Part shown: positions 29,703 through 38,802 of the stretch, one piece after another
How the letters are laid out: each line of letters starts with the position of its first letter
Numbering within the stretch: position 1 is the first letter of the stretch
Assembly (NCBI GenBank): GCA_029260905.1
Contig: JAJDCH010000011.1
Coordinates: 512 to 64,511 of the forward strand
DNA from: Candidatus Levyibacteriota bacterium
GTDB lineage: Bacteria; Patescibacteriota; Microgenomatia; Levybacterales; UBA12049
Direction: 5' to 3'
DNA: 64,000 nucleotides
The notes under the pieces: model-generated
The model's input: the letters and a program-made list of their open reading frames with translations, nothing else
Database searches by the model: none
What the model was told of the DNA's origin: nothing
Program-made: the position numbers and the translations under genes

Positions 29703-30705
29703 TTTGTGTCTCCTTTACTAAATCGCTAAGTATATTTTTTGCACTTCCACTATCAATTGATTCTTTAGCTAGTCTTATTCCATCTGAGATATTTCTTGCT
29801 TTTCCGGATACATACAGCGCAGCAGCGCTATTAAGAACTACGATATCCCGTCTTGGTCCTTTTACGCCATCTAAAACATCTGTTATGAATTTTGCATTTT
29901 CTGATAAATCCCCTTCAGCAATATCTGTTTTGGTAGACATTTCAAATCCAAAATCTTTTGGATCAATTTCAAAATTACTCATAACTCCTTTTTTAAATTC
30001 AAAAACATCAGTTTTACTAGATAAACTTATCTCATCCATTCCATCTCTACTTGCAACAATCAGCAGATGTTCATAGCCCAAACTTTTTGCTACTTTAATA
30101 AGTTTCTCTGCAATATCTTTACTTAGTACACCAATTATTTGTTTTTTAACAGTTGTTGGATTTAAAAAAGGTCCAAGAAAATTAAAAACAGTTCTTATTT
30201 TTAGGTCTTTTCTAACAACTACTACGTTTTTTGTCGCTGGATGAAAAAGCGGCGCAAAAAGAAAAACCATTTTTACTTTTTGCAAAACTTTTTTCGCTGC
30301 ATCTGCTGATAAGTTAATATTTACGCCCAGTTCCTCCAAAACATCAGCGCTTCCACACTTACTACTTGCTGCTCTATTACCATGCTTAGCAACCGGCACT
30401 CCTGCGCCTGCTACTACAAAAGCTACGGCAGTTGAAATGTTAAAACTTCCTGATTTGTCTCCCCCAGTTCCACAAACATCGATTGCGCCGTCAAACTCAA
30501 TCTTAACCATTTTTTCCTGCATGGCTTTTACAAGACTTGAAATCTCAGATACTGTCTCACCCTTTATCGAAAGCGCAGTCAGAATAGCACCAGCCTGCAC
30601 TGGTGTTATACTTCCGTCTATTACTCCTTCAAGAAAAAAATTTATCTCCCCGCCTGTAAGATCTTTTTTTTCTATTAACTTATTTAATATCAAAATTGCA
30701 TCCAT
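29695..30705 (-). CDS. trpD: Anthranilate phosphoribosyltransferase
   Basis: DVCGTGGDKSGSFNISTAVAFVVAGAGVPVAKHGNRA. Confidence 0.9.
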   Translation of the reverse strand: MDAILILNKLIEKKDLTGGEINFFLEGVIDGSITPVQAGAILTALSIKGETVSEISSLVKAMQEKMVKIEFDGAIDVCGTGGDKSGSFNISTAVAFVVAGAGVPVAKHGNRAASSKCGSADVLEELGVNINLSADAAKKVLQKVKMVFLFAPLFHPATKNVVVVRKDLKIRTVFNFLGPFLNPTTVKKQIIGVLSKDIAEKLIKVAKSLGYEHLLIVASRDGMDEISLSSKTDVFEFKKGVMSNFEIDPKDFGFEMSTKTDIAEGDLSENAKFITDVLDGVKGPRRDIVVLNSAAALYVSGKARNISDGIRLAKESIDSGSAKNILSDLVKETQNV

Positions 30706-30707
30706 AA

Positions 30708-31304
30708 TTATTTATTTAAAAAATTACTCAATATCTGCTTACCTGTTTCTGTTGCAAATGACTCTGGATGGAATTGAATCCCCTCAATCGGATATTCTTT
30801 GTGTCTTAATCCCATTATCTCACCTGTATCAATTGATGATGCACTAATCTTTAAACAATCAGGAAGAAATTTTTCATCTGCTATTAATGAGTGATATCGC
30901 ATCACATCTATACCTTGCGGGATGTTTTTAAAAACACCTTTTTCATCATGCTTTATACTACTTGTCTTGCCATGCATTGGCACTTTTGCTTTAACCACTT
31001 TTCCTCCAAAATAATAAGCAATTCCCTGCATCCCTAAGCACACTCCAAGAATAGGAATAGTTTTTCCAAGATTTATCAAAACCTCAGCGCAAACACCGAA
31101 ATAAGTTTGATCTGATGGATCTCCAGGTCCGGGTGATATTATTATTTTATCGTAATTACTATTTCTTATCTCATCCAAACTGATCTCATCATTTCTGAAA
31201 ACATCAAGGGTAAAATAACTACCTTTTGCTTTCAATACCTCGCCAACATACTGATAAAGGTTAAATGTAAATGAATCGTAATTATCAATTATCAAAACTT
31301 TCAT
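30708..31304 (-). CDS. trpG: Anthranilate synthase component II (glutamine amidotransferase)
   Basis: Class I GATase triad context (GVCLGMQ and HPES). Confidence 0.85.
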   Translation of the reverse strand: MKVLIIDNYDSFTFNLYQYVGEVLKAKGSYFTLDVFRNDEISLDEIRNSNYDKIIISPGPGDPSDQTYFGVCAEVLINLGKTIPILGVCLGMQGIAYYFGGKVVKAKVPMHGKTSSIKHDEKGVFKNIPQGIDVMRYHSLIADEKFLPDCLKISASSIDTGEIMGLRHKEYPIEGIQFHPESFATETGKQILSNFLNK

Positions 31305-31322
31305 AGTCTTACTTTTTAAACT

Positions 31323-32690
31323 TTACAAGCTCTCAATTGTTTCTTGTATTGCTTTCAATTTGTTTTCTATCTCTTTGTATTCTCTCTTTGCAATCGAGTC
31401 ATAAACAATGCCACTTGATGTCTGAGTATATGCATAATCTCCTGATACAAAAAGAGTCCGTATCGCAATTGCAAAAGTGCAATCTCCATTAAATCCAAAA
31501 TGTCCGATTCCCCCTCCATAGGGACCTCGCGCTCCAGCTTCCAACCGATCTATTATTTTCATAGCCTCTATTTTTGGCGCGCCAGTTAATGTACCTGCGG
31601 GAAAATTGGATGCAAGAGCCGAGAACATATCTTCATCTTTCTTGATAACACCTGTAATCTCGCTTGATATGTGCTGAACATGACTAAATTTTTTAACACT
31701 CATTAGATCCCGTATCTTAACACTGCCAAATTTTGCAACACGCCCTATGTCATTTCTATGCAGATCAACAAGCATATTATGCTCAGCCCTCTCCTTCTCA
31801 TCACTTAAAAGCTCTCTTGCCAATTTTTTATCTTCCATACCGTCTTTACCTCGTTTTATTGTTCCAGCAAGTGGACGTGTCACCATTTCTCCATCTCTTA
31901 AGGAAAATAAAAGCTCAGGACTTGAACCGATTATTTTTTTTTCTAGGAATTTTACGTAATACATAAATGGAGACGGGTTGCTTTTACGCAAATCTTCATA
32001 AACACTCAAAACATCTCCATTTATTTGATATTCTGACTTCATACCAACAACACATTGAAAAGTGTTACCTTTGCCAATCTCTTCTTTTATTTTTCCGACC
32101 ATCTCTTCATGTTTTTGCACATCAAGCGAATTTTTTATAAATTTTGCAGCTATTTTTTTCTCCTCAAGCTTTTCATCAATTATTTTTTTTATTTTTTCTG
32201 ACCGATCATAATCGTAATAAAAATAAAAAAGCTCATTTGTCTCTTTATCAAAAATAAGTCCGTCTGTATAAACCCCAAACATAAACTGATCAAATTTATC
32301 ATTTATCTTCAAATTCAGGGATGACTCAAAATAATTTGCTGCTTCATAACTTATGTATCCTATCAAACCACCTGCATATTCTCTGGTAATTGTCTGCTCT
32401 GGCATCATCTCTCTTAATGATTCGTAAGGATTGTCAACAGAGAAAATCTCATCATCAATTTTTAAGTTTTTATCTCGAGCAGAAATAATACGCTCAGGAT
32501 CAAAACCAATTATCGAATAGCGGGAAAACTTACCATCCTCACCGAGTGATTCAAAAATAAAACAAGTCTCATATGATTTTTCTATCTTCTGAAAAAGTTC
32601 ATAGAAATCCAAATCTTCAGCAATTTTTTTATAAACCGGTTTTTTTGATAATTTAATTTTTGGTAATTTTTTCATATTTATGAATATCAA
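31323..32690 (-). CDS. trpE: Anthranilate synthase component I
   Basis: Chorismate-binding blocks (LVDLHRNDIGRV and GAPKIEAMKII). Confidence 0.9.
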   Translation of the reverse strand: MIFINMKKLPKIKLSKKPVYKKIAEDLDFYELFQKIEKSYETCFIFESLGEDGKFSRYSIIGFDPERIISARDKNLKIDDEIFSVDNPYESLREMMPEQTITREYAGGLIGYISYEAANYFESSLNLKINDKFDQFMFGVYTDGLIFDKETNELFYFYYDYDRSEKIKKIIDEKLEEKKIAAKFIKNSLDVQKHEEMVGKIKEEIGKGNTFQCVVGMKSEYQINGDVLSVYEDLRKSNPSPFMYYVKFLEKKIIGSSPELLFSLRDGEMVTRPLAGTIKRGKDGMEDKKLARELLSDEKERAEHNMLVDLHRNDIGRVAKFGSVKIRDLMSVKKFSHVQHISSEITGVIKKDEDMFSALASNFPAGTLTGAPKIEAMKIIDRLEAGARGPYGGGIGHFGFNGDCTFAIAIRTLFVSGDYAYTQTSSGIVYDSIAKREYKEIENKLKAIQETIESL

Positions 32691-32699
32691 GGCTTGAAC

Positions 32700-32966
32700 T
32701 TATTTTATATAGTCAAATCTGCCTTTTTGAATTTCCTTTGATCCTCTTGTTACTGTCGCAACTCCAACCTTCAACCTTTTTGCAATCTTCTGATGCGGGA
32801 CACCACGCTTTAACATCTTTATGATTTGCAATCTATTTGGAATTTCATCTATCTCTTTCGAGCTTAAGATTCCAAATAAGAAATCTCGAAGCTCATCTTT
32901 ATCTTTCATCATAGAGATAGTATCTATCAACTCATTAAGATGTTTTCTATTATCTTTCATATCCAT
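32700..32966 (-). CDS. TrpR-like DNA-binding protein, YerC/YecD family
   Basis: 88 aa. IAKRLKVGVATVTRGSKEIQKG matches the Trp_repressor/YerC HTH. It lies 9 nt upstream of trpE. Confidence 0.6.
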   Translation of the reverse strand: MDMKDNRKHLNELIDTISMMKDKDELRDFLFGILSSKEIDEIPNRLQIIKMLKRGVPHQKIAKRLKVGVATVTRGSKEIQKGRFDYIK

Positions 32967-32968
32967 TC

Positions 32969-32997
32969 ATTATACTAGTATACTGATATACAGTCAA
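32969..32997 (-). promoter_or_regulatory. Sigma70 consensus promoter with an embedded ACTAGT-centred palindrome (candidate TrpR-type operator) for the trpR-like-trpEGDCFBA transcript
   Basis: On the minus strand, TTGACT-17nt-TATAAT. The perfect palindrome TATACTAGTATA (32971-32982) lies between -35 and -10 and resembles the E. coli trp operator core GTACTAGT. Confidence 0.55.
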
Positions 32998-33004
32998 GTG
33001 GTAT

Positions 33005-33778
33005 TTATTTGAGGATGAACAAGAAGAATAAAATAGCAAGAATTATACGGTAAATTCCAAATGGTATAAACGTATGATGTTTTACAAATCTGATCAGAAA
33101 TTTAACAGCAATCATCGCAAAAACAAAAGATCCAATAAATCCAATTGATAAAACTCCCCACTCCTGTCCAGTAAATGAAAGATTGGTTTTTAAAAGATCA
33201 AGTCCTGTTGCAGCAGCCATTGTAGGTATTGCTAAGAGAAAGGAAAATTCGACTGCGGTTTTTCGCTTGGTTCCAACTATCATTGCTCCTATTATTGTTG
33301 CTGCAGCTCGCGATACACCAGGTACGATTGATAAGGTCTGAAAGATTCCAATCAATATTGCATTTTTCGTGGTTATTTTTTCTATTTCAGATACCTCCAG
33401 ATTTTTTTTCCCAAACCAATACTCTACTCCAATCATGATCACTCCACCAATCGCTAATGCCCATAAGGTCACAAATTCATTTCCGATCAGATAACTCTTT
33501 ATAAATTTATACAAAACAAGACCAACAATCGCTGTTGGGATAAACGCAGCAGCAATAGGCCTCCATGTTTTTTTATTCCCCCAAATTGTTTTCCAGTAAA
33601 GAAAAACAACTGCCAAAATTGCGCCAAGCTGGATAATTATTTCAAAGCTTTTGACAAAATCTGTCTGAGGAATATTTAATAATTTTGCGGTAAGGACTAA
33701 ATGTCCTGTTGATGAAATGGGAAGAAATTCGCTAACTCCTTCAACAATTGAAAAAATAAAGGCCTGAAAAAAATCCAT
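33005..33778 (-). CDS. uppP: Undecaprenyl-diphosphatase
   Basis: EFLPISSTGHL and SRSGATI-like (SRAAATI) motifs; 8 TM helices. Confidence 0.9.
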   Translation of the reverse strand: MDFFQAFIFSIVEGVSEFLPISSTGHLVLTAKLLNIPQTDFVKSFEIIIQLGAILAVVFLYWKTIWGNKKTWRPIAAAFIPTAIVGLVLYKFIKSYLIGNEFVTLWALAIGGVIMIGVEYWFGKKNLEVSEIEKITTKNAILIGIFQTLSIVPGVSRAAATIIGAMIVGTKRKTAVEFSFLLAIPTMAAATGLDLLKTNLSFTGQEWGVLSIGFIGSFVFAMIAVKFLIRFVKHHTFIPFGIYRIILAILFFLFILK

Positions 33779-33798
33779 ATAAATATTATATCCTAAAT

Positions 33799-34329
33799 TT
33801 ATTGATCATCTGGTACAAACCTTAACGCAGCTGAATTTATGCAATACCTTTTTCCAGTGGGCTCTGGTCCATCTTCAAAGACATGTCCCAAGTGTCCTTT
33901 GCATTTATCAAGAATCTCTACTCTTTCATAACCCAGGTCAAAATCCGACTGAAGCACCAATGCATCATCACTTATCGGCGCCCAAAAACTAGGCCAGCCG
34001 GTTCCACTATCATATTTTTGCTCTGATCTAAAAACAGGTTCATCACACCCTATGCTTACATAAGTTCCCTTTCTTGTTTCATGATTTAATTCCCCTGTGA
34101 ATGGAGTTTCTGTACCTTTTTCTCTGAGGATAGAGTATTGTTCTGGAGTTAAAATTTTTTTCCAGTCCTGATCTGTTTTAAATCTACTCTTGTCAAATTC
34201 TCCTGATATAATTCTTGCTTCATCTGTCTGTGGTTTCTCAGAAGTTGTACTGGCATTTTTGCTATCTATTGAAAGAACGGTTAACAAAACCAAAAAGACA
34301 ACTCCGATTATGATTAATTTCTTGCTCAC
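33799..34329 (-). CDS. msrB: Peptide-methionine (R)-S-oxide reductase, secreted
   Basis: Signal anchor plus an SelR domain ([28 protein letters not shown]...[10 protein letters not shown]...RYCINS). Confidence 0.85.
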   Translation of the reverse strand: MSKKLIIIGVVFLVLLTVLSIDSKNASTTSEKPQTDEARIISGEFDKSRFKTDQDWKKILTPEQYSILREKGTETPFTGELNHETRKGTYVSIGCDEPVFRSEQKYDSGTGWPSFWAPISDDALVLQSDFDLGYERVEILDKCKGHLGHVFEDGPEPTGKRYCINSAALRFVPDDQ

Positions 34330-34358
34330 AAACAGATTATATCAAAACAAATTAGTAA

Positions 34359-34664
34359 TTAATTCTTCTTGGCCTTAACTGTTTTCTTTTTAACTTCTTT
34401 TACTGCTTTTTTAACTCCCTTTTTTATTTTTGGCATTTCTTTTTCTGCGCTCTTTTTCGCTTTGCCATATTTTTTAGTTAAATCAGCATGAAGCTTTCTT
34501 GCCTTTTTGGAAGCACTTGCAAAACCCTTAGCAGCTTTTTGTCTATTCTCTTTTTTGGATAATACCGCTGCTGCAGCTCCTGCGACACCAACTGCTACAG
34601 CTGCTGCTCCAAGCACTGCTCTGCCTACTCTTTTGCTCTTCTTTTTCTTTAACATATTAATCAC
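34359..34664 (-). CDS. Lysine/alanine-rich basic protein with one hydrophobic segment
   Basis: KKAVKEVKKK-type low-complexity sequence. No motif. Confidence 0.35.
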   Translation of the reverse strand: MINMLKKKKSKRVGRAVLGAAAVAVGVAGAAAAVLSKKENRQKAAKGFASASKKARKLHADLTKKYGKAKKSAEKEMPKIKKGVKKAVKEVKKKTVKAKKN

Positions 34665-34733
34665 CCCCTTTTGTTGTTCTGCTTAATTATAAAGGATTTT
34701 GATAAATTATGAATAAGAAATTTGTAAGAGGAA

Positions 34734-35369
34734 TTAGAAGCCTAGATTCTCTTCAATTAAAATAAACTTTATTTGTCTTTTGGTTATTGGGCTTTCATTT
34801 TTAAAAATCACAATTTTATTCAAACTTGTATTTATTCCGTACAGCTCCTGCATGTGTTTGTCCTCAAGCGGTACGACGTGCTTCTCAAGTCTTTCCATTG
34901 CGGTATTAAAATCAGCAACTATCTTTTTGGTGCTTACAACAAAAATTAAATTTGCTGATGTCGAAACAATATGAGGCAACTGACTACCAGTATTGCTGGC
35001 AACCAAAAATTCACCATTTACAATTAATGCATGAACGCTTCCCAGGTAAAAATCTGAAGTTACGGATTGCTTTCGAAGCGCTGCTCTTTTTATTGGATCT
35101 GATTCAGCTGTTACAGCTTTATGGAGATTGTTCCATTTATGTTTTGAATTTGCCACATAATCAACATATCCGATCTGTTCAAGTGTCACAGATGCGCCAT
35201 TCATCACAGATTTACCATCTGGAATTATGGATTTTATTTTAGAAAGCGCTTCTTCTTTAGAAGTAACGACTGATACTTCATAACCTTTTGCTCTTAACCC
35301 CTCAATTGTTTTGTCTAATAAACTTTTATCTGCTAGTTTGTCAAATTGCATATTAGATGTATAATACAT
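34734..35369 (-). CDS. LUD-domain (LutC/YkgG-like) protein
   Basis: A weak match to the LUD fold across the 211 aa. No recognisable motif. Confidence 0.4.
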   Translation of the reverse strand: MYYTSNMQFDKLADKSLLDKTIEGLRAKGYEVSVVTSKEEALSKIKSIIPDGKSVMNGASVTLEQIGYVDYVANSKHKWNNLHKAVTAESDPIKRAALRKQSVTSDFYLGSVHALIVNGEFLVASNTGSQLPHIVSTSANLIFVVSTKKIVADFNTAMERLEKHVVPLEDKHMQELYGINTSLNKIVIFKNESPITKRQIKFILIEENLGF

Positions 35370-35413
35370 ATTAAGTATGGATTTAACAAGTAAATACTTT
35401 TTATATACTTAGT

Positions 35414-35725
35414 ATGAAAGATGTTAGCATGTGTCAGTTGGATAAAACTTTAAGCGTAATTGGAGGAAAATGGAAAATGGTCATTCTCTGGCATTTATCC
35501 CACAGTGTGTTGAGGTTTTCTGAGCTTGAGAAAAAAATTCCAGGAATTACCCAAAAAATGCTTTCTCAATCCCTTCGCGAACTTGAAAAAAATAAATTAA
35601 TTTCAAGAAAGGCATATCCTGTCATCCCTCCAAAAGTAGAATACGCGATTACCGCCCATGGCGTATCGCTTGGAGAAGTACTCAAAAAGCTGAATAAATG
35701 GAGTCAGACTCATCTTAAAAAATAA
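35414..35725 (+). CDS. HxlR-family winged-helix transcriptional regulator
   Basis: CQLDKTLSVIGGKWKMVILWHL...EYAIT...G is the HxlR signature. Confidence 0.8.
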   Translation: MKDVSMCQLDKTLSVIGGKWKMVILWHLSHSVLRFSELEKKIPGITQKMLSQSLRELEKNKLISRKAYPVIPPKVEYAITAHGVSLGEVLKKLNKWSQTHLKK

Positions 35726-35887
35726 GCTCCCATACGTGCTAGAACTTGAGTTGTAATGAACAAAGCAAAGCAAAACCGAAGTGTTCGAGGCTAGACAATG
35801 TTAGAACCTGTTTTATGAAACTATGCTAAATGAGCTTGGGGAAAAACAGGCTAAATCTATTTTGGTTGACCACAAAGTGTAATTGGT

Positions 35888-36388
35888 TTATTCACCGGCT
35901 TTTCTGATTGCTTCAAGATCAAGCTTTTTCATTGGCATGAATACAGCGGTTACCGCCTCAGCTTTTTCAGGATCGCGCATCATTTCATCCAGAATCCTTG
36001 GGACTATCTGCCATGTGACACCAAATTTGTCTGTACACCATCCACATTGTTCAGCTTCGGGAACAGCTGAAAGTTTTTCCCAGAAGAAATCAATTTCTTC
36101 TTGTGTCTCACACTCCACAATATAAGATGTTCCGCCGTTAAGTTTGAACTGGTCCATAGGGCCTCCATTAAGAGCCATGAAACTTATTCCATCAAGCTCG
36201 CACTCAGCTGTCAGAACGGACCCCTCTGGTCTACCTGAAACTTCCTCAGATGCCTTGGGGGATTTTGTAATATCTCCAAGTTTTGCGCTGTGATCACCTG
36301 GTGCCGCATTGAAAGTATCTATGTAGTAATTTACTGCCTCTTCACCATTGTTGTTAGCAAACCAGATACATGTAATTAGTTTACTCAT
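35888..36388 (-). CDS. PhnB-like VOC-superfamily protein (3-demethylubiquinone-9 3-methyltransferase-domain family)
   Basis: ITCIWFANNNGEEAVNYY and the C-terminal CGWCTDKFGVTWQIVP. Paralogous to the tandem protein at 49316. Confidence 0.6.
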   Translation of the reverse strand: MSKLITCIWFANNNGEEAVNYYIDTFNAAPGDHSAKLGDITKSPKASEEVSGRPEGSVLTAECELDGISFMALNGGPMDQFKLNGGTSYIVECETQEEIDFFWEKLSAVPEAEQCGWCTDKFGVTWQIVPRILDEMMRDPEKAEAVTAVFMPMKKLDLEAIRKAGE

Positions 36389-36567
36389 TTAATATATTTT
36401 AACACATTGTAAGAACCTATTTTGTATTAGTTTTGTAAGCATATCCCTTGTTTGTGCTGCTCTCCGTAGTTGACATGTTTAAGAACCGAGAAATAGAGTT
36501 TGGCTTTACTTTACAAAATATACAGACTGTTTTTGAAGCTCTAAATATAACCCTTGGAAATGACTTA

Positions 36568-37485
36568 TCAGTTTAGCTCAAAGAAATCCTCGTCCAATTC
36601 TTTGACTTCAAAATTAGACTTAATTTGAACACCTACATTAAATTTAATCATTAAATCGACTAGCTTATTTCCATCGATAAGGATGAGAGTATGATTTCGA
36701 TCGCTAGTAGCTTTGGCAACTGCTGCAGGATCGAACATAGATGTAGTAACAAATATTCCTTTCCGAACATCTCCACTCATTGCTCCTATAAAATTTCTAA
36801 TTTCTGGTTCTCGTACTTTATTCCCATCTTTATATCTTTTAGCTTGAATGTATATTTTTTCTATTCCTAATTGATCTTGATTGATAATACCATCAATACC
36901 CCCATCCCCTGATTTTGGTGTAGATTCAAAATCTCCATAGCCCATTTTTTGGAATAACAGTAAAACAATTTTTTGGAAATAATAAGGATCTACTGAATAC
37001 AGCTTTTCCTGAAGCTCGGCCTCAAGTTTTTCTAATAATTCTTGTACACCCGTTTCAATTAAGTCTTGAGGTGTGTACTTGCTTGTCAGTGGATCACTTT
37101 GATTACTCTTCCTTTTTCTAGGTTCATGAGCTATATAGTCTGGGTCTTGTTTTAAATCATCTAAGGATAGTTCCGTTACTCCTGATTCTAAAAACCGTTT
37201 ACCTTTATCACTAATTTTGACTAAACCTCTGCTTGGTTGATCTACATATTTTCCTACTTTTAGATATGTCTTACCCCAAGCCACCCTGTCGTGGAAAAGG
37301 CTACCACCTGTTGCTTTTGTCTGAGCCAATTCATCTGGTGTCAAATTAAAATACTTAGCGTCTAGAAGCAAAGTCGGTAGATCTGAGGTATTAACTATTC
37401 GATCATCGGCCAGCACTTTTAGTATAGGTAAAAAGGTTTCGTAAAACTTTGGTAATGCCATAAAACATCTAATTTCTATTTGCAT
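36568..37485 (-). CDS. mrr: Mrr-type restriction endonuclease (Mrr_N winged helix plus Mrr_cat)
   Basis: N-terminal Mrr_N-like region, then the catalytic core (GIDGII, YIQAKRYKDGNKV, GIFVTTSMF). Confidence 0.75.
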   Translation of the reverse strand: MQIEIRCFMALPKFYETFLPILKVLADDRIVNTSDLPTLLLDAKYFNLTPDELAQTKATGGSLFHDRVAWGKTYLKVGKYVDQPSRGLVKISDKGKRFLESGVTELSLDDLKQDPDYIAHEPRKRKSNQSDPLTSKYTPQDLIETGVQELLEKLEAELQEKLYSVDPYYFQKIVLLLFQKMGYGDFESTPKSGDGGIDGIINQDQLGIEKIYIQAKRYKDGNKVREPEIRNFIGAMSGDVRKGIFVTTSMFDPAAVAKATSDRNHTLILIDGNKLVDLMIKFNVGVQIKSNFEVKELDEDFFELN

Positions 37486-37546
37486 TATACATGAATGTTA
37501 AACAATGTTAAAATAGGCTAGAAATAGTTTAAAAATGTAATGAAAT

Positions 37547-38308
37547 ATGCAAAATAATAAAGATGATCTGGGGCTGGTAATATCTGAACTAAATCAATAT
37601 CTACATGTGGGATATACCCTAAAACTAACTTATTTAAAGAAACATGATGTAGACGGACAGAAAGAAGCATTCGATGTTGACGAGTTAAAGAAAGAATATA
37701 ACGAAAAGATAAATATTTGGTTTAAAGAAATAGCAGACCACTTACAGAAGCTAGACTTTCAATACCTCTTTCATTTTGTTCAACCAAAAGACGATGCTAT
37801 GTCTTACTCTCATCCTCTTGGTAATCTTACTCACGCTTTAGAAAAACACCTCTTTGCTTTAGAAGATGTTATTGTTCGTCTTGAGGAAAGAAAGAATTTA
37901 GCAGTAAGACAAGAGATAGCTGATAAAGAATACCAAGTGGACACTCTTTATAAGATTACTTACAGTGAACATTTAAGAGAAATAAAGCTCAACAACATTG
38001 TATTAGCTAACCTCCAATCTGACTCTAAGAATGTTAATTTTTTTGAGTATGTATTCTCAAATCCCAATATACCCTTAGCAGTAAGCGACATTGAGGAAGC
38101 TACAGCAATGCCCTTAGCTTCTAACATTCAGGATATTCTGCGTGATTTAGGCTTCAAGGGAAACATAAGAAAAGTATTCTTCCCTATAGCTACGAAAGCA
38201 AAAGTAATGTTCATGAACCCAATTTCAAAGCAGTATGCTATTAAAAATGATCTCCCGATAATTAAATTGCTAAAAGACAACGAGATAGAACGAGAAGCAA
38301 CGAACTAG
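37547..38308 (+). CDS. Hypothetical protein, no recognisable domain (first gene of the plus-strand operon of the element)
   Basis: 253 aa. Divergent from mrr across a 61-nt intergenic region. Coiled-coil-rich. Confidence 0.4.
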   Translation: MQNNKDDLGLVISELNQYLHVGYTLKLTYLKKHDVDGQKEAFDVDELKKEYNEKINIWFKEIADHLQKLDFQYLFHFVQPKDDAMSYSHPLGNLTHALEKHLFALEDVIVRLEERKNLAVRQEIADKEYQVDTLYKITYSEHLREIKLNNIVLANLQSDSKNVNFFEYVFSNPNIPLAVSDIEEATAMPLASNIQDILRDLGFKGNIRKVFFPIATKAKVMFMNPISKQYAIKNDLPIIKLLKDNEIEREATN

Positions 38309-38472
38309 AACGGGAAGTTGCCACCCACAACCGTAAAAGCCATTTCTCCCTCCATATTTCTCCTATTCTGTTTGCGTGGATATAAATACGCAAGCTATTC
38401 AAAATAATCTGAATGAGCCACCCTCTAATGATGAGGAATTGGATAGGATTTCTCAATTTTTTTTACTTCTAA

Positions 38473-38802
38473 TTGAAATTGATAAAAAGCAAAAACAGAA
38501 AGGTAAAACAGATGAAAATAAGTGAAATACAAATTATTCCTATCAAACCTCAAAACGGATTAGTTGCCTTTGTCAGCTTCGTATTGGAAGAAAATCTGTA
38601 TCTAGGTTCAATCGGTATTCTCACAAAACCCGAAGGAGGATATAGGCTCGTTTATCCCACTAAAAAAGTAGGAGTGCGAAGCATGAATATATTCCATCCA
38701 ATAAATAAAGATTTCTCTCAATCTATAGAAAAGGAGGTCATCAGTAAATTTGAAGATGTAATGAAAAAATATGATAGATACGATAAAGCTGACATTAGAT
38801 AA
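38473..38802 (+). CDS. SpoVG-like nucleic-acid-binding protein
   Basis: IQIIPIKPQNGLVAFVSFVLEENLYLGSIGILTKPEGGYRLVYPTKK...MNIFHPINKDFSQSIEKEVISKF parallels SpoVG. The true start may be the internal M at about 38515. Confidence 0.5.
   Translation: MKLIKSKNRKVKQMKISEIQIIPIKPQNGLVAFVSFVLEENLYLGSIGILTKPEGGYRLVYPTKKVGVRSMNIFHPINKDFSQSIEKEVISKFEDVMKKYDRYDKADIR

Noticed and set aside
34600-37600. Search for an attL copy of the tRNA-Asn 3' end to fix the element's left boundary
   Set aside because: Only weak matches were found (GTTAGAACCTG at about 35795, GCTCCC at 35727). They are too short to distinguish from chance in AT-rich sequence.
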